Below the pieces are notes generated by a model that was given only the letters and a program-made list of their open reading frames with translations, was not told the DNA's origin and ran no database searches. Below are positions 20,701 through 30,630 of a DNA stretch of 64,000 nt, piece by piece (position 1 is the stretch's first letter; every line of letters begins with the position of its first letter). This DNA comes from a virus. The DNA lies in the IMG/VR virus record IMGVR_UViG_3300032307_000797. One strand, given 5' to 3'. Made by a program: the position numbers and the translations under genes.

Positions 20701-23484
20701 AGAAGACATCAAGATTGATTTACCATCAAATGTGATGGTATCCTCCAAATCTAAAAATGGTAGAGATGTCAATAACAAGTATGATGAACCGACATATTTT
20801 CCATAGATTGAATTATTGTGAAAATCACTATATAATTGTTTATGGAAATATGGGGTATTAAGAATACTGTTTAAGTTATTACCAACTTTAAAGTTTTGAG
20901 TGAACATATTTGTTTCATACCCTTGTTTTACCCATGATGTTGGTTTAACAGGTGAACACACAAACCCTTGATTTGGATTGATTGATAACACTCCATTGAA
21001 TTTGAAATTATCATCCGAAAAAGATGAAACATCCAAGTAATCCAAGTATAAATCAGAGTTAAATGGATATATGTTTTTTCTATATGGTTCAGGTACGAAC
21101 TTAACTAATTCCGCATTCAATTCGTCTTTTTTAAACGATTTGGATGTCCTTGATACATCAACGTACTTTTCTAACTTGAATGGGTATTCAATTATCTCTT
21201 TTAAATAAGGTACTGTAGGTAAGTTATCTCTGAAATATGGGAATCTTTCATATGGTGATGCACTTGGTATGTATCCGTCAAAAACGGTAGCAATCATTGG
21301 TTTACCATATGAATCCAATTGTGGAGTTCCGTCAGGTTTTGTAACCGGCGATGATGTTTTAAAACTAATTAAATCATCAACAGTTTTTAATTTTTTACAA
21401 AGACTTGTAAGGTCAATATCCTGATTAATTGATTCTGCAACATTTTCAAACTCCTCATCAATAAGATAATTTAAAAATGAATTACTATACGAATCGAATA
21501 GTGTTATGAACTTCGCTCTTTCATATAACTCATAAACAAATGATGAGAATATCTTATCTTGATACGGTATCTGTTCATTTATAACATCAATACCACTTAT
21601 ATCATCAATTTTACTCTTATCGAAATCAGTTTCAAAAATATATTCGATGTCACTTACTGTAGGTTCAGACGATACATTAGTTTCTTTTTTATTCGTCACA
21701 ATCTGAATATATTCTTCAACAAAGTCAACTTCGGGCCAAAGGTTCTTATCGTTTGATTTTAATTTATTAACTAAATCTATATCACCCGGATAAGCAATCA
21801 CATTTTGTTTACCTCCTGCGGTCGGTTTCTTAACTTCCGGCCACGGATAAATTGGTTGACCTTTTCCTTTTTGTTCGTCAGTTAAACCTGCAAGAAGTGA
21901 TGACCTCGCTTGTGCCGCATCAAATGCTTTATCGTGTACATCCTTCATTAATCTGATATACACCTCGGCATTCGCTAATAGAACCGCAAATATGTTTCTT
22001 ATTGTTGGTTCAAATCCAAAACCTTTAGAAGGGTCTTTGATGATTTCATTCATCTTCTTTTCCACCTCATCCTCAAGTTTCTTTCTTTGTTCCTCAAATG
22101 TTCTTCTAATTTCGTAGATGTCATTAATTAAGTTATCAATACCAACAAGAACTTTCTTCTCACCATTAATTTCGTAGTAATCTTTAACCGCTTTAACACT
22201 TTTTAAAGATATCTTTTTGAAATCGGCAGTGGTTTTGTTCATGAAACCATTTGTATATGTCAATGAGGTATTAATCTGACTTCTTCCATTTTCAATAAGT
22301 TTCTCAAGGGTACCGTTCTTATCTTTATTAATAATCTTATCTGTCGTGGTTTTATCATTACCTAACAAGTAATACCAATTTTCTGTACTTGTGGTATTAG
22401 TACCTGTTGTTTTTGTTTTAGTAATGTAATCTTTAGATATGTTTGTTTTTGCCCATGCTTTGATTGAATTCTCAAAGTTATCTAATGACTTCTCAATATC
22501 TTTTACACCTGAAAAGACCTCCATGGAGACCACACTATTAAAGATTTGTTTCTCTAATATTTTATCAAGTGATTCCGCTAAGTAACCTAACTCTTTTAAG
22601 GTTCTCACCGGCATGTCCTGAGGTATTAATCCTTTTTGTTTGTATTGAGAATAAATTGAACTTAGAATTGCATATCCTCTTGAACCTCGTGAAACATTTT
22701 TTTCATATCTACCGGTTGATTCGTTAAACTTTTTGTTTTCAACTTTTTCAGTTAAGAACATATATGGAGAATTGATAATCCCCGATAGTGGTACATCATT
22801 TAAATAAGCATATGTTGAACCAACAAATGTGGTACTAACTTCAAAATTTCCATTTGAATCATTAAATCTTGAACTGAATTTTGTCATATGTAAACGATAT
22901 CTAATCGCTTTACCATAATAACCTTTAACTGTTAAGTAAAATATTGGCCACGGAATATGAAAGAATGCTCGGTAAGGTGAGTTTTCAGATGCCTCAAATA
23001 AAACCTTACCTCGTATATCAACAAAATTAATCGAAACTTGGGGGGTAAAGTTTGCACCCTTAACCGTAATGTTAATAGAATCAATTCCAAAGTTTTGACC
23101 TGTGGGGTCAGTAAATGCAGTTGGTCCGAAAGTTAAGTCGTTACCATTTCTATAATTCGACTCGGCACCCTCAATTGGTTTGGGTACAAATGATTCTGTC
23201 CATGTTGAATCAAAATTACCGTCACCACTTTGATTTCTTAGAAAATTCAAATTTCCTTTTGCGATACTAACTAAGGTACTACCTTGTGATTCGGCAACAA
23301 GTCGACTTCTTGGAATTAAATCGGCTTCCAAGTTTGCATACATGACCAAATTTTCTTGTTTTAACCCTCTTGGTTGAATATTACCATCAGCATCTACGAC
23401 ACTATTTGGGTCAACATAAATAAGATTGTTTTGGTCAACTTTTACAAGTATGTTTTCACTATTTGATAAATCACTGTTCCCCAT
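17701..23484 (-). CDS. Large baseplate hub protein (gp27/late-control-D-like fold with long insertions, 1927 aa)
   Basis: C-terminal SYRCEVSCMGNVMIQP...GTYWITEVSHSI...TTFVGTR hub signature; follows the LysM/gpX gene in canonical myophage order. Confidence 0.7.
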   Translation of the reverse strand: MGNSDLSNSENILVKVDQNNLIYVDPNSVVDADGNIQPRGLKQENLVMYANLEADLIPRSRLVAESQGSTLVSIAKGNLNFLRNQSGDGNFDSTWTESFVPKPIEGAESNYRNGNDLTFGPTAFTDPTGQNFGIDSINITVKGANFTPQVSINFVDIRGKVLFEASENSPYRAFFHIPWPIFYLTVKGYYGKAIRYRLHMTKFSSRFNDSNGNFEVSTTFVGSTYAYLNDVPLSGIINSPYMFLTEKVENKKFNESTGRYEKNVSRGSRGYAILSSIYSQYKQKGLIPQDMPVRTLKELGYLAESLDKILEKQIFNSVVSMEVFSGVKDIEKSLDNFENSIKAWAKTNISKDYITKTKTTGTNTTSTENWYYLLGNDKTTTDKIINKDKNGTLEKLIENGRSQINTSLTYTNGFMNKTTADFKKISLKSVKAVKDYYEINGEKKVLVGIDNLINDIYEIRRTFEEQRKKLEDEVEKKMNEIIKDPSKGFGFEPTIRNIFAVLLANAEVYIRLMKDVHDKAFDAAQARSSLLAGLTDEQKGKGQPIYPWPEVKKPTAGGKQNVIAYPGDIDLVNKLKSNDKNLWPEVDFVEEYIQIVTNKKETNVSSEPTVSDIEYIFETDFDKSKIDDISGIDVINEQIPYQDKIFSSFVYELYERAKFITLFDSYSNSFLNYLIDEEFENVAESINQDIDLTSLCKKLKTVDDLISFKTSSPVTKPDGTPQLDSYGKPMIATVFDGYIPSASPYERFPYFRDNLPTVPYLKEIIEYPFKLEKYVDVSRTSKSFKKDELNAELVKFVPEPYRKNIYPFNSDLYLDYLDVSSFSDDNFKFNGVLSINPNQGFVCSPVKPTSWVKQGYETNMFTQNFKVGNNLNSILNTPYFHKQLYSDFHNNSIYGKYVGSSYLLLTSLPFLDLEDTITFDGKSILMSSLFREISSTHFLPYHLMLKWGAIYHRYKKQITTGDDILDGFLDATNITQPITGSTLFDGGFTGTTYTDFTIGSSTVTNTTDIGVAPFYQALYHQIVNGYNHYTVVSGNTSYSGETTSNKIVHKKEVKNNNYWSVFVDNSQYIPTDLYYTLLPSNGFNSSDLVSKNTETIDFARQYNFRSVWKDESITSEFSGRTFASHTEYPRNYVSGSTTDNVYSIDTNYRKVIDLIGTFSPKILETFEEMFLDFASEKGNAEIPYQTFKNVNYPKFQDLLKDISTVRKETSDSIGSDTLLNTLKTRQTTKLEVVTSNLLNSENLIKFTLANPKEIDPYTFYGMGLPSTVSLFTELPFSVSDVTSTNLDLIKLYIGEDIDGYYQNFFSINDIKLNEENIIRYRPMAQIYGGYRKAGGTNTKAAFREYLRTSIFQGNTNGIYAAGSDQRLKYFLEQLLRKISSETGVKQENESSQIKLYRGYNTDQTKLEVYNTLKSFNDKWTAGNSIGQRLLLEEFLFLDKANRDIGDKFYLNVDKILPLLNPKNAKQNLYGAISMLIQGTGLDMRALPAYVNFYGTNLRTKSKIAPSKTVAKNLFGTFLEVDYQESSPKIIIQLVGNSSKRPDMSNSKEYKFADDSFYIGSVNNNPLVITSLEGFSVNDLSKSNKVVAFEVSFGDQNQGIFKGVQLDQSTLKNTSESFVVLENLARSESGAGAYNVDTSLFDYYKQASYRCEVSCMGNVMIQPTMYFYLKNIPMFKGTYWITEVSHSIKSNVINTTFVGTRIPYTSLPDPKDSFLASYRVLFDKLTSKAKSILKQQESTKTDTQKPVVYNGVSYTTDMGSVTVSGEDITKSSPKVGITEFGVPYNGYNNEPSIQKIDNNGETWLRAIVVKMGGEKYPIESGTTFNVAEGIKWSDVSGSSMKFYNVRFQLSTANASKIRTATTQFKNPKNGKTLTLSPSYQLDSNLGPLSVQGPISVGPKVDGYGMGMSPALMSELGIHEGEVIYFKMS

Positions 23485-23797
23485 AATATAAGTTATACAA
23501 TTCTACGCCTCTTTTATAATCTTGTAAAGAGGTAGTCAAAGGAAATGGTATTCTTAATAAAGAATTATTTGGTATGGTAAATTCAAGACTTCCAACCAAA
23601 GGATTAGCCATTAGAATTAACCACCCATAAACAGGACTTCCATAATACTCTTGTGATAATTTATCCAATCTATCCTTACCTCTTTTATAAAACACATATT
23701 TGTCGGTTGTTTTGATTGGGATTTCAATACCCGGTACAATTCTAAAATCACCGTCTTCCACAAAAAATTGGTATCTGTCAAAATATTCTCTTGCCAT
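23471..23797 (-). CDS. LysM-like baseplate protein (P2 gpX / T4 gp53-like)
   Basis: KRGKDRLDKLSQEYYGSPVYGWLILMANP...LLRIP pattern. Confidence 0.8.
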   Translation of the reverse strand: MAREYFDRYQFFVEDGDFRIVPGIEIPIKTTDKYVFYKRGKDRLDKLSQEYYGSPVYGWLILMANPLVGSLEFTIPNNSLLRIPFPLTTSLQDYKRGVELYNLYYGEQ

Positions 23798-26700
23798 TAT
23801 TTCTTAGTTTTATAATAATTCAATTTATTACCAAGTGGTAGGTTATCCGAATGTACTTTTTTCGCTTCATCAATTACACTTGTATTTGTTTCGGCAGCTT
23901 CGGTTATTGTAAACGTAATATCCTTTTTGTTTTTTCTTTCCTTAAACTTACTAAACTTAAAGTTTTTCTCTTTAGGAATTTCAACAAATTTTTCAATCTG
24001 TTTTCTAATTTTATTTCTAACGTTTTCAGGGAAAACGATTGTATCTTTTTCGTATTCTTTAACGATTGCATCTACATTATCCGCCAACATTACTTTCATA
24101 ATGTTCTCAAAATCAACTGAAGAAATTACAGGATTTTGGAAGTTAATTGATGTCGTTAAATCGTCATACATTTTTGATGTATTCTTTTCAATATAATCAA
24201 TACATGAAGAATATGGGTCATACAATAAATCATAAGTGAATCCCGATAAAGTTGCCGATGTTGCAGTTTCTCCTGAAATCTTAGTATCCTTACCGAATTT
24301 TACCACAAAATTTACCTTATCCAAGGACGTAACCAAAGTGTTCCTTGTTTTCTCCAAATCTTCAAATGGATTTTTATCGGTCAATTGATTTATCTTATCC
24401 TCGACATATTTTTTCAATAATGGTTTTATCAACTCATTTGATTTTGTCAATTTCGGTGGAGTTAACTCTTTATCTAAATTCATCATCGTAGATAAATCTG
24501 TACTTTCGAGTTGAGTTACCAATCCACTTAATAAACCTCTTTTGAGAACCGATAATTCTTTCGCCTTCGGGTATTCTCCAAATATTGAAATTGTTTTACC
24601 CGGTGTTGTACTTGTTGTAGTATAAACATCGTATTGGTGTACACTTCTATATGTTGGGTCAAATAACATTTTACCTATCTCAGTACCGTATTTTGGTATG
24701 ATATCATTGTATGTTTTTTCATACGAATCAAAGTATGATTTAGTGTTAGTGAATACTTCATCAACCAATGGTGAATATTGTAATGCGGTTGACCCACTTA
24801 ACGTTCCAATGTAAACACCCTCACTTACTTTATTTGTGTTTTGTGATTCAGGTGCTTGTGGTGGTTTAGCAGATGCCGTTAATAGTTCCTCAAGGAATTT
24901 CTTTGTAAACTCCTCAGCTTTAACTCCACCAATTGTTTCATTAGTAGGTATTGACCTTTCATCATACATTTCGGTATTTGCGAAGAAGTTTGATGACAAT
25001 GCATTTTGTAATCTTTCCACCGGTTTTGATAAACCTTGACCACCAATAAATGCAATTTGACACGTCACATTCGCAATCATAGGTTGTACACCAATTCCTT
25101 CGGGGTTTAAATCCCATGGTGAATCATCATATGTAATGTTCACATCTCTAATAATAACTTTAGAGTGGTAGAAGTCACCAATTCTTAATACACATACAGG
25201 TGGAGGACCAAATGATGTGTTTCGTGCATTTAAATCCGAATCATCCGCAATTCCTTTAATTGGTATAGTATCACCGGGTCTTACACATTGTAACATGAAC
25301 GTTAAACGAGAGTTTAATCCTTCAGGTGTTGTAGAGTGGAAACCCGGATGGAAATACTTTAATTTTTCTTTTAATGATTTAAATGCCACAGGAGAATCTT
25401 CTTCAAGTTTCTTGAAGTAATAACACTCCGAAAGTGTTTTCATTATGATTCTCTTTAATGGGTCAATCGCCAATTTTTTAGTTGGTGATGGTACAATAAT
25501 ATTTTCACCCGGAACAATTTTTGTAACAGGTGTTGGGGTTGGGGTTGGTTTCTTTGGTTCAGGTATGTCAACATAATCAAACTTAACGGTCGATTGACGA
25601 CAGAAAAATGCGATTGGTGCATTGATTTTTAAACCTTTAATTGTAACAAATTCTTTACCCTTACAATAGTTATCTAAATTCGGATTTGTTCCTGTGAAAT
25701 TTTCACCATAATTTACCGTTTCGAATACGATTGAACCCGGATTATCTTTATATCCAAACTCACTTAATTTAAATTCTCTTTTGATTAATATTGGTTGACC
25801 CCTTTGAATTATAACTTTGTTATTTGAATTTTCTGGGTCAGTTTTTGTTTCAGAAGAGTTAATGGTTGTTACCCATCTTGTCTTTAAGTCAGGTTTACTA
25901 CCATTAGCAATTTTATCAAAGAAATCATTTATAATACTTGAGCTTCTTCTTAACGCTAATTTTTCATTATATAGTTCAGATGCCACTGATGAACACGACG
26001 ATTCGATACTCACATAAATCTTTTGTACGGTATTACCGCTAATTTTTTGTTTTAGTGTCGTAATCTCATTTGAATATTTTGTGTAATCGGTGTTTGCCGC
26101 CTCAAAATATCCCTCTAATTTGGTTTTTTGTTCTAAAATAGATGCATCACTAATCGTTGCACCACTATCACCAAAAATATAACTTTTTTCTTTTTTAATT
26201 TGTGCGGTTAATGTTTGACCCGTAATACTTCTTAAATCACTATCCAATCCATTAGCATGTGTTGTTTTCTTCGCTGGATAGAAACTATTAAATAAAGTTC
26301 CATATGGAGTACTAACATACAATGATTGTAAGTTCGGTCCCGGGTAATCGTTGTCATACTTTAAAACGAAAGGTCCTAATGTTTGTTTTTTACCACCGTT
26401 ACCTCCATTAGCACCACCACCATCACCACCGGTTTCAGGAATCTCTACCGGTTCAACAATTGTTTTATATGTTTTAATTACTTCAGGGTCCTTAGCTTTC
26501 TCGAGATACGATTGTATTAATTTAATATCATCTGAATCTAAGTATGTGTATCTTCTAATAAGTGAATAGAAATCAAGGTCTTGACAACCTGCAAAGAATG
26601 CGTTGATATAATTCTCAGCTTCTTCATCACTCATATTTCTAAAGTGTTCTCTAACCAATAGATTTAAAACACTTGGGTGGTCAACGACCACTTTAAATGA

Positions 26701-28581
26701 TAATGTTCCTGTTCTTGAAGTATCCTGATATGTGTAGATTGGTTCGGGTCTTCCTAAGAAAGTATTATCGGACCAACGAGCCGAGTTCTGTTCACTAATT
26801 TTTAAATCGTATGGTGGGAACCACATAACACGTCCACCATTATTACCTCTTTCACAATATGGTAAATCATTATATGTAAAACCTGGTGTATTAGATGTTT
26901 TCCAAGCCAAGTTCTCGATTGAGAACATGTATTTTTTAGCGTAGAATCCATCGCCCTTTTTGAATATGTTGGTTGAGAAGCCTTCGAATTCTCTATCACC
27001 ATTTGACATTGGTGCAATGTTCAAGTTCCATGGAGTTGACATTACACTATCATCGAATTTTCTGATATTACCAGTTCTTTTCATGGTATCAGAATAATTC
27101 ATATAACCTCTATCTTTCGTCCAAACTCTACAATACTCGACACCTGTTGTTTCATTTGTATATTGGTCAACGTATTGTATTGCAGAACCTCTCGATAACA
27201 TTTCGTTACCTTCTTTGAACACTCTACTTGTTTGGTCAATTACATTACCAACGTGAGTTCTTGCTGCTAAACCATCTTTTGGCATAGAATCAAGAATCTC
27301 TTGGGTTTTACCCATTATAGAATCTTCTCTAAATCCATATTTGGTTGACAATGAATCGTTAAGTTGTGTCGATTCTTGGGCCCACTCTTTATTATGTAAA
27401 CCTAATTCATTTCTTGAATTGGTACTTATCCATGTTAACTTACCTCCGATTTGTCCACCTTCGGTAATGTTTCTTCTTTTTTCAAATAACTCCGCAGAAA
27501 CGGGGTCGAACATCAAACTCAAATAGTAACTACTCTTAACAGTATTACCATTAAAATCTGACATTGTATATTTTACATCCTCACTTCTATCGTCACCAAT
27601 GTACGCTTCTCCTCTTGGCGCTTCTAAACCTAATATTGATTTTACACCTTGAGCAACACTATTAACAAAGTTGAAAAGTTTTGATGATTGTTGAGACCTT
27701 GCGGTTGTTGTGTAGTTTGGTGCGTATTTTGAATATGAAAGGTTATCGTACAGAAGTTGTTTTTGGCCTTCACCCATGTATTCAATCATTAAGTCCGATG
27801 GTTTTCTTGAAAGTTTTGGTCTTCTTTGAATACCAACTAATGAACCCAAGGCACCCGTAATATCTTGTAGAATTGCACCTGCTTCAGTTTTAGGTGTAGG
27901 TCGATTCTCAATTGGGTTTTGTGGATTACTTAAATAATCTCCCGGTATTTCACTAAATGGAAATTCAACACCCGCAACAGTTTGTAAGAAGTCAACCGCC
28001 TTTCCTGCCAATGTTTTGGCAACGGTAATCTTATAATTCTTTTCAATTAATGGTTCTCTACCTGTAACAATATTAACTGCGGTAGATAAGTTACCATTTA
28101 ATGCATCCGCCAATCTGATTCTACCTAATGTTGCCGCGGTTAAATTTTGTGTTATTCTAGCAAGAACAGGACCCTGTTTGTTTTCACGGATATTCTGTGC
28201 CGCAAATCTCATCAATCTCGAATCATTATCGAAATTGTCACCTGTCATAATACCAATTAACCCTGTAGAAACAGGTTGAAATGAATTGATATAACCAGAA
28301 TAAACAACACCGTTGTTTCCTATCTGTAAATTATAATTTGATAGAAATTCATATTCTCTAAATGAATCAGGTTGGAATAAGTTTAATCCGAAACTACCTC
28401 CGTATGAGGATGCCCATGTTGTTTTAACATCACCCGGGTCAACATTAGAAAAATTACTTAAATTTTGAACCGCATAGTTAGTACTTGTAAACGTTTGTGG
28501 ACCAAACGGTCTCTGTAGGGTCTTTGATATTAAAAAGTCCCTAAAAGTCGCGGTTGTATTAAAATCTAAATAAGTTGGCAT
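23797..28581 (-). CDS. Tail tube initiator-like baseplate protein (gp48/gp54-like) with inserted OmpA-like domain (1594 aa)
   Basis: WSDNTFLGRPEPIYTYQDTSRTGTLSF and PPVCVLRIGDFY...WDLNPEGIGVQPMIANV halves flank a segment containing YNEKLALRRSSSI. Confidence 0.65.
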   Translation of the reverse strand: MPTYLDFNTTATFRDFLISKTLQRPFGPQTFTSTNYAVQNLSNFSNVDPGDVKTTWASSYGGSFGLNLFQPDSFREYEFLSNYNLQIGNNGVVYSGYINSFQPVSTGLIGIMTGDNFDNDSRLMRFAAQNIRENKQGPVLARITQNLTAATLGRIRLADALNGNLSTAVNIVTGREPLIEKNYKITVAKTLAGKAVDFLQTVAGVEFPFSEIPGDYLSNPQNPIENRPTPKTEAGAILQDITGALGSLVGIQRRPKLSRKPSDLMIEYMGEGQKQLLYDNLSYSKYAPNYTTTARSQQSSKLFNFVNSVAQGVKSILGLEAPRGEAYIGDDRSEDVKYTMSDFNGNTVKSSYYLSLMFDPVSAELFEKRRNITEGGQIGGKLTWISTNSRNELGLHNKEWAQESTQLNDSLSTKYGFREDSIMGKTQEILDSMPKDGLAARTHVGNVIDQTSRVFKEGNEMLSRGSAIQYVDQYTNETTGVEYCRVWTKDRGYMNYSDTMKRTGNIRKFDDSVMSTPWNLNIAPMSNGDREFEGFSTNIFKKGDGFYAKKYMFSIENLAWKTSNTPGFTYNDLPYCERGNNGGRVMWFPPYDLKISEQNSARWSDNTFLGRPEPIYTYQDTSRTGTLSFKVVVDHPSVLNLLVREHFRNMSDEEAENYINAFFAGCQDLDFYSLIRRYTYLDSDDIKLIQSYLEKAKDPEVIKTYKTIVEPVEIPETGGDGGGANGGNGGKKQTLGPFVLKYDNDYPGPNLQSLYVSTPYGTLFNSFYPAKKTTHANGLDSDLRSITGQTLTAQIKKEKSYIFGDSGATISDASILEQKTKLEGYFEAANTDYTKYSNEITTLKQKISGNTVQKIYVSIESSCSSVASELYNEKLALRRSSSIINDFFDKIANGSKPDLKTRWVTTINSSETKTDPENSNNKVIIQRGQPILIKREFKLSEFGYKDNPGSIVFETVNYGENFTGTNPNLDNYCKGKEFVTIKGLKINAPIAFFCRQSTVKFDYVDIPEPKKPTPTPTPVTKIVPGENIIVPSPTKKLAIDPLKRIIMKTLSECYYFKKLEEDSPVAFKSLKEKLKYFHPGFHSTTPEGLNSRLTFMLQCVRPGDTIPIKGIADDSDLNARNTSFGPPPVCVLRIGDFYHSKVIIRDVNITYDDSPWDLNPEGIGVQPMIANVTCQIAFIGGQGLSKPVERLQNALSSNFFANTEMYDERSIPTNETIGGVKAEEFTKKFLEELLTASAKPPQAPESQNTNKVSEGVYIGTLSGSTALQYSPLVDEVFTNTKSYFDSYEKTYNDIIPKYGTEIGKMLFDPTYRSVHQYDVYTTTSTTPGKTISIFGEYPKAKELSVLKRGLLSGLVTQLESTDLSTMMNLDKELTPPKLTKSNELIKPLLKKYVEDKINQLTDKNPFEDLEKTRNTLVTSLDKVNFVVKFGKDTKISGETATSATLSGFTYDLLYDPYSSCIDYIEKNTSKMYDDLTTSINFQNPVISSVDFENIMKVMLADNVDAIVKEYEKDTIVFPENVRNKIRKQIEKFVEIPKEKNFKFSKFKERKNKKDITFTITEAAETNTSVIDEAKKVHSDNLPLGNKLNYYKTKK

Positions 28582-28595
28582 CTATGTTTTTACTA

Positions 28596-28603
28596 TATAA
28601 ATA
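28596..28603 (-). promoter_or_regulatory. Putative late promoter motif TATTTATA
   Basis: 14 nt upstream of ATG 28581. Confidence 0.6.
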
Positions 28604-28624
28604 GAATTTTATTTGTTTTCCTTA

Positions 28625-30466
28625 TTATGCGTAATTTCTTGGGTCTTGGTTTAAGAACCCATCTATTAAATCAGGACGTTGTTGTAGGTACCTCGCCATA
28701 TTGTCGGTTAACGGTTCTGATTTATATGTTAATTCTATTTGTTTTTTCTGTGGTTCGGAAGTTGTTGTGGTTGTGGTATTACCTTGTTTATCTTTTAATC
28801 CTGCCTTAACAGCTGCATCATCCATCATTCCTCTAATTGCTTCCCCTCCACCTTTTATTCCCGGTGCAGCCTCTTTTGATGCCTTTAATGTTTGTTCAGC
28901 AATTTTTGCCGGGTCAAAACCAATAGCATCAACAAGTTTTGCCCCTGTTTTACCAAATTCCATTCTTAGTAATGCGGCAACGAAATTCATATCTCTCGAT
29001 ATATTTTCAGTGTCTGTTGCTTGTTTTCTAACGATATCCTCTGTAGATAATTCTTTAAACTCATCTTGGAATTTCATTAATTGACTAACTTGAGCATCCG
29101 TTAATTCTTCAATCGCCACTTCATTTTTTCCAAAATACTCTCTCATTTTATCACTTTGAAGTTCAATGGTCATTCTACCACCTTTCATAGTTGAGATGTT
29201 AGTTAAAAATTCTTGTTGTTCGTCACTTAAACTCAGACCACTTGCCATTAATTCAGATGCGGCAGATGACCTTTCCGCCGCTGCAATTGCACCATTTGCC
29301 AACTCACTATAAGAAATACCGAGTTCAGCTGCCATTGCCTTTGCTTTTCTAAGATTCACACCTGTAATTTCAAATCTACCTTGTTCTTCATTGTATGTTG
29401 CTAATGAACCTGCAACACCGATTAATGCATCTTGTAAACCTTCAACATTGTTAGTTGCCATATACATTAATTTCAATGGGTCGTTGAAATCACCAATAGC
29501 ACCACCAATCGCTTGTAGATTAGCGGCCATATCAATTGCTTTATCAGGGTCCATTACATCATCCGCAACCTTAAATGCGGTTTCCATGCTCATTCTGAAT
29601 TCAATTGATTTTTGAACCATTTTTGTAAGTCCTTGAATACCATTTTGAAAACCGTATTCATTTATCTTACCAATATTAGTACCCAATTCTTTTGTTACTT
29701 TTTGTGCCTGTAACCCAAGAGCAATTGAACCTTTACCCGCCTTTTCAATTTGTTTTGATGCATCCGACGCACCAACACCAATTTTTTCAAATGCTGGATA
29801 CATTCTTACCAAATCACTTAATGTCCCAACATATGCAGATGCCGCGTATCCCGCATCTTTCCATGTTTCTCTATTTAAAGATAAAAATCTACCCGTTTCT
29901 TGCACCAAACCCGTCGCAGCATTTGATAATTCTTGAAAACCGATTCCAATTCTTAATAATTCGGGATTCGCTTGTGTTAATTCATCTCTAAATGCTTCAG
30001 AAAATTTACCCGTTAAACCAAGTTCTTTATTGACTTGTCCGAGTAATTCAGTTTGTTGTTTGTAGTATAATAAACCTTGGTCACCAATTGAACCCAATAC
30101 TGTTTTAAACATCTCAGTTGCACCTTTAAGGTTCCCCTGACCATCTATCATTCCCTTAATAACACCGGACATTTTAATATATTCCTCTGTCATTTGTGGA
30201 AGATAACCCGTTTGTTCTTGTGCACCGATAATTTCGGCACCAGCATTTAAAACACCTCCAGTTATTTTTTGAAATGTGTTGGCGGTTCCACCACCAGTTG
30301 TGTTTTTTCCCGCACTGGTATCATATGTTTTAAGTCGGTCGAATTCGGCCTTTGCTTGTAACCCATCAGAAGGATTTAAAGGATATGGTCTGTTGTTAGC
30401 TTTCGCCCACTCCTTTTCAAACTCGGTAACTCTTCCTTTCTTTGCTAAATCTAATAAATCCGCCAT
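28625..30466 (-). CDS. Tape measure protein (613 aa)
   Basis: Helical, Ala/Gly/Gln-rich; sits after tube and chaperone genes and before the tube initiator. Confidence 0.7.
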   Translation of the reverse strand: MADLLDLAKKGRVTEFEKEWAKANNRPYPLNPSDGLQAKAEFDRLKTYDTSAGKNTTGGGTANTFQKITGGVLNAGAEIIGAQEQTGYLPQMTEEYIKMSGVIKGMIDGQGNLKGATEMFKTVLGSIGDQGLLYYKQQTELLGQVNKELGLTGKFSEAFRDELTQANPELLRIGIGFQELSNAATGLVQETGRFLSLNRETWKDAGYAASAYVGTLSDLVRMYPAFEKIGVGASDASKQIEKAGKGSIALGLQAQKVTKELGTNIGKINEYGFQNGIQGLTKMVQKSIEFRMSMETAFKVADDVMDPDKAIDMAANLQAIGGAIGDFNDPLKLMYMATNNVEGLQDALIGVAGSLATYNEEQGRFEITGVNLRKAKAMAAELGISYSELANGAIAAAERSSAASELMASGLSLSDEQQEFLTNISTMKGGRMTIELQSDKMREYFGKNEVAIEELTDAQVSQLMKFQDEFKELSTEDIVRKQATDTENISRDMNFVAALLRMEFGKTGAKLVDAIGFDPAKIAEQTLKASKEAAPGIKGGGEAIRGMMDDAAVKAGLKDKQGNTTTTTTSEPQKKQIELTYKSEPLTDNMARYLQQRPDLIDGFLNQDPRNYA

Positions 30467-30477
30467 ACCTATAAATA

Positions 30478-30630
30478 CTAATTTGAACTATTTTCCAATT
30501 CAATTAGATAATTTATATAGTATCTCCTAATGTATATTGGCATAGATAAGATATCTCCATAAGAGAATCCTCTTTTAATTAGATACAATATTTCATCTAA
30601 CTGTCCTTTCTTATAATCCGTAGAAAGGGC
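30478..30630 (-). CDS. Frameshift-accessed 50-aa extension of the tail assembly chaperone (gpGT/gp51-like); missing from ORF track
   Basis: +1 frame opens right after a TAG at the slippery GAG TTT TTT CGC site and reads ALSTDYKKGQLDEILYLIKRGFSYGDILSMPIYIRRYYINYLIELENSSN*; no good independent start. Confidence 0.7.
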   Translation of the reverse strand, partial: ALSTDYKKGQLDEILYLIKRGFSYGDILSMPIYIRRYYINYLIELENSSN

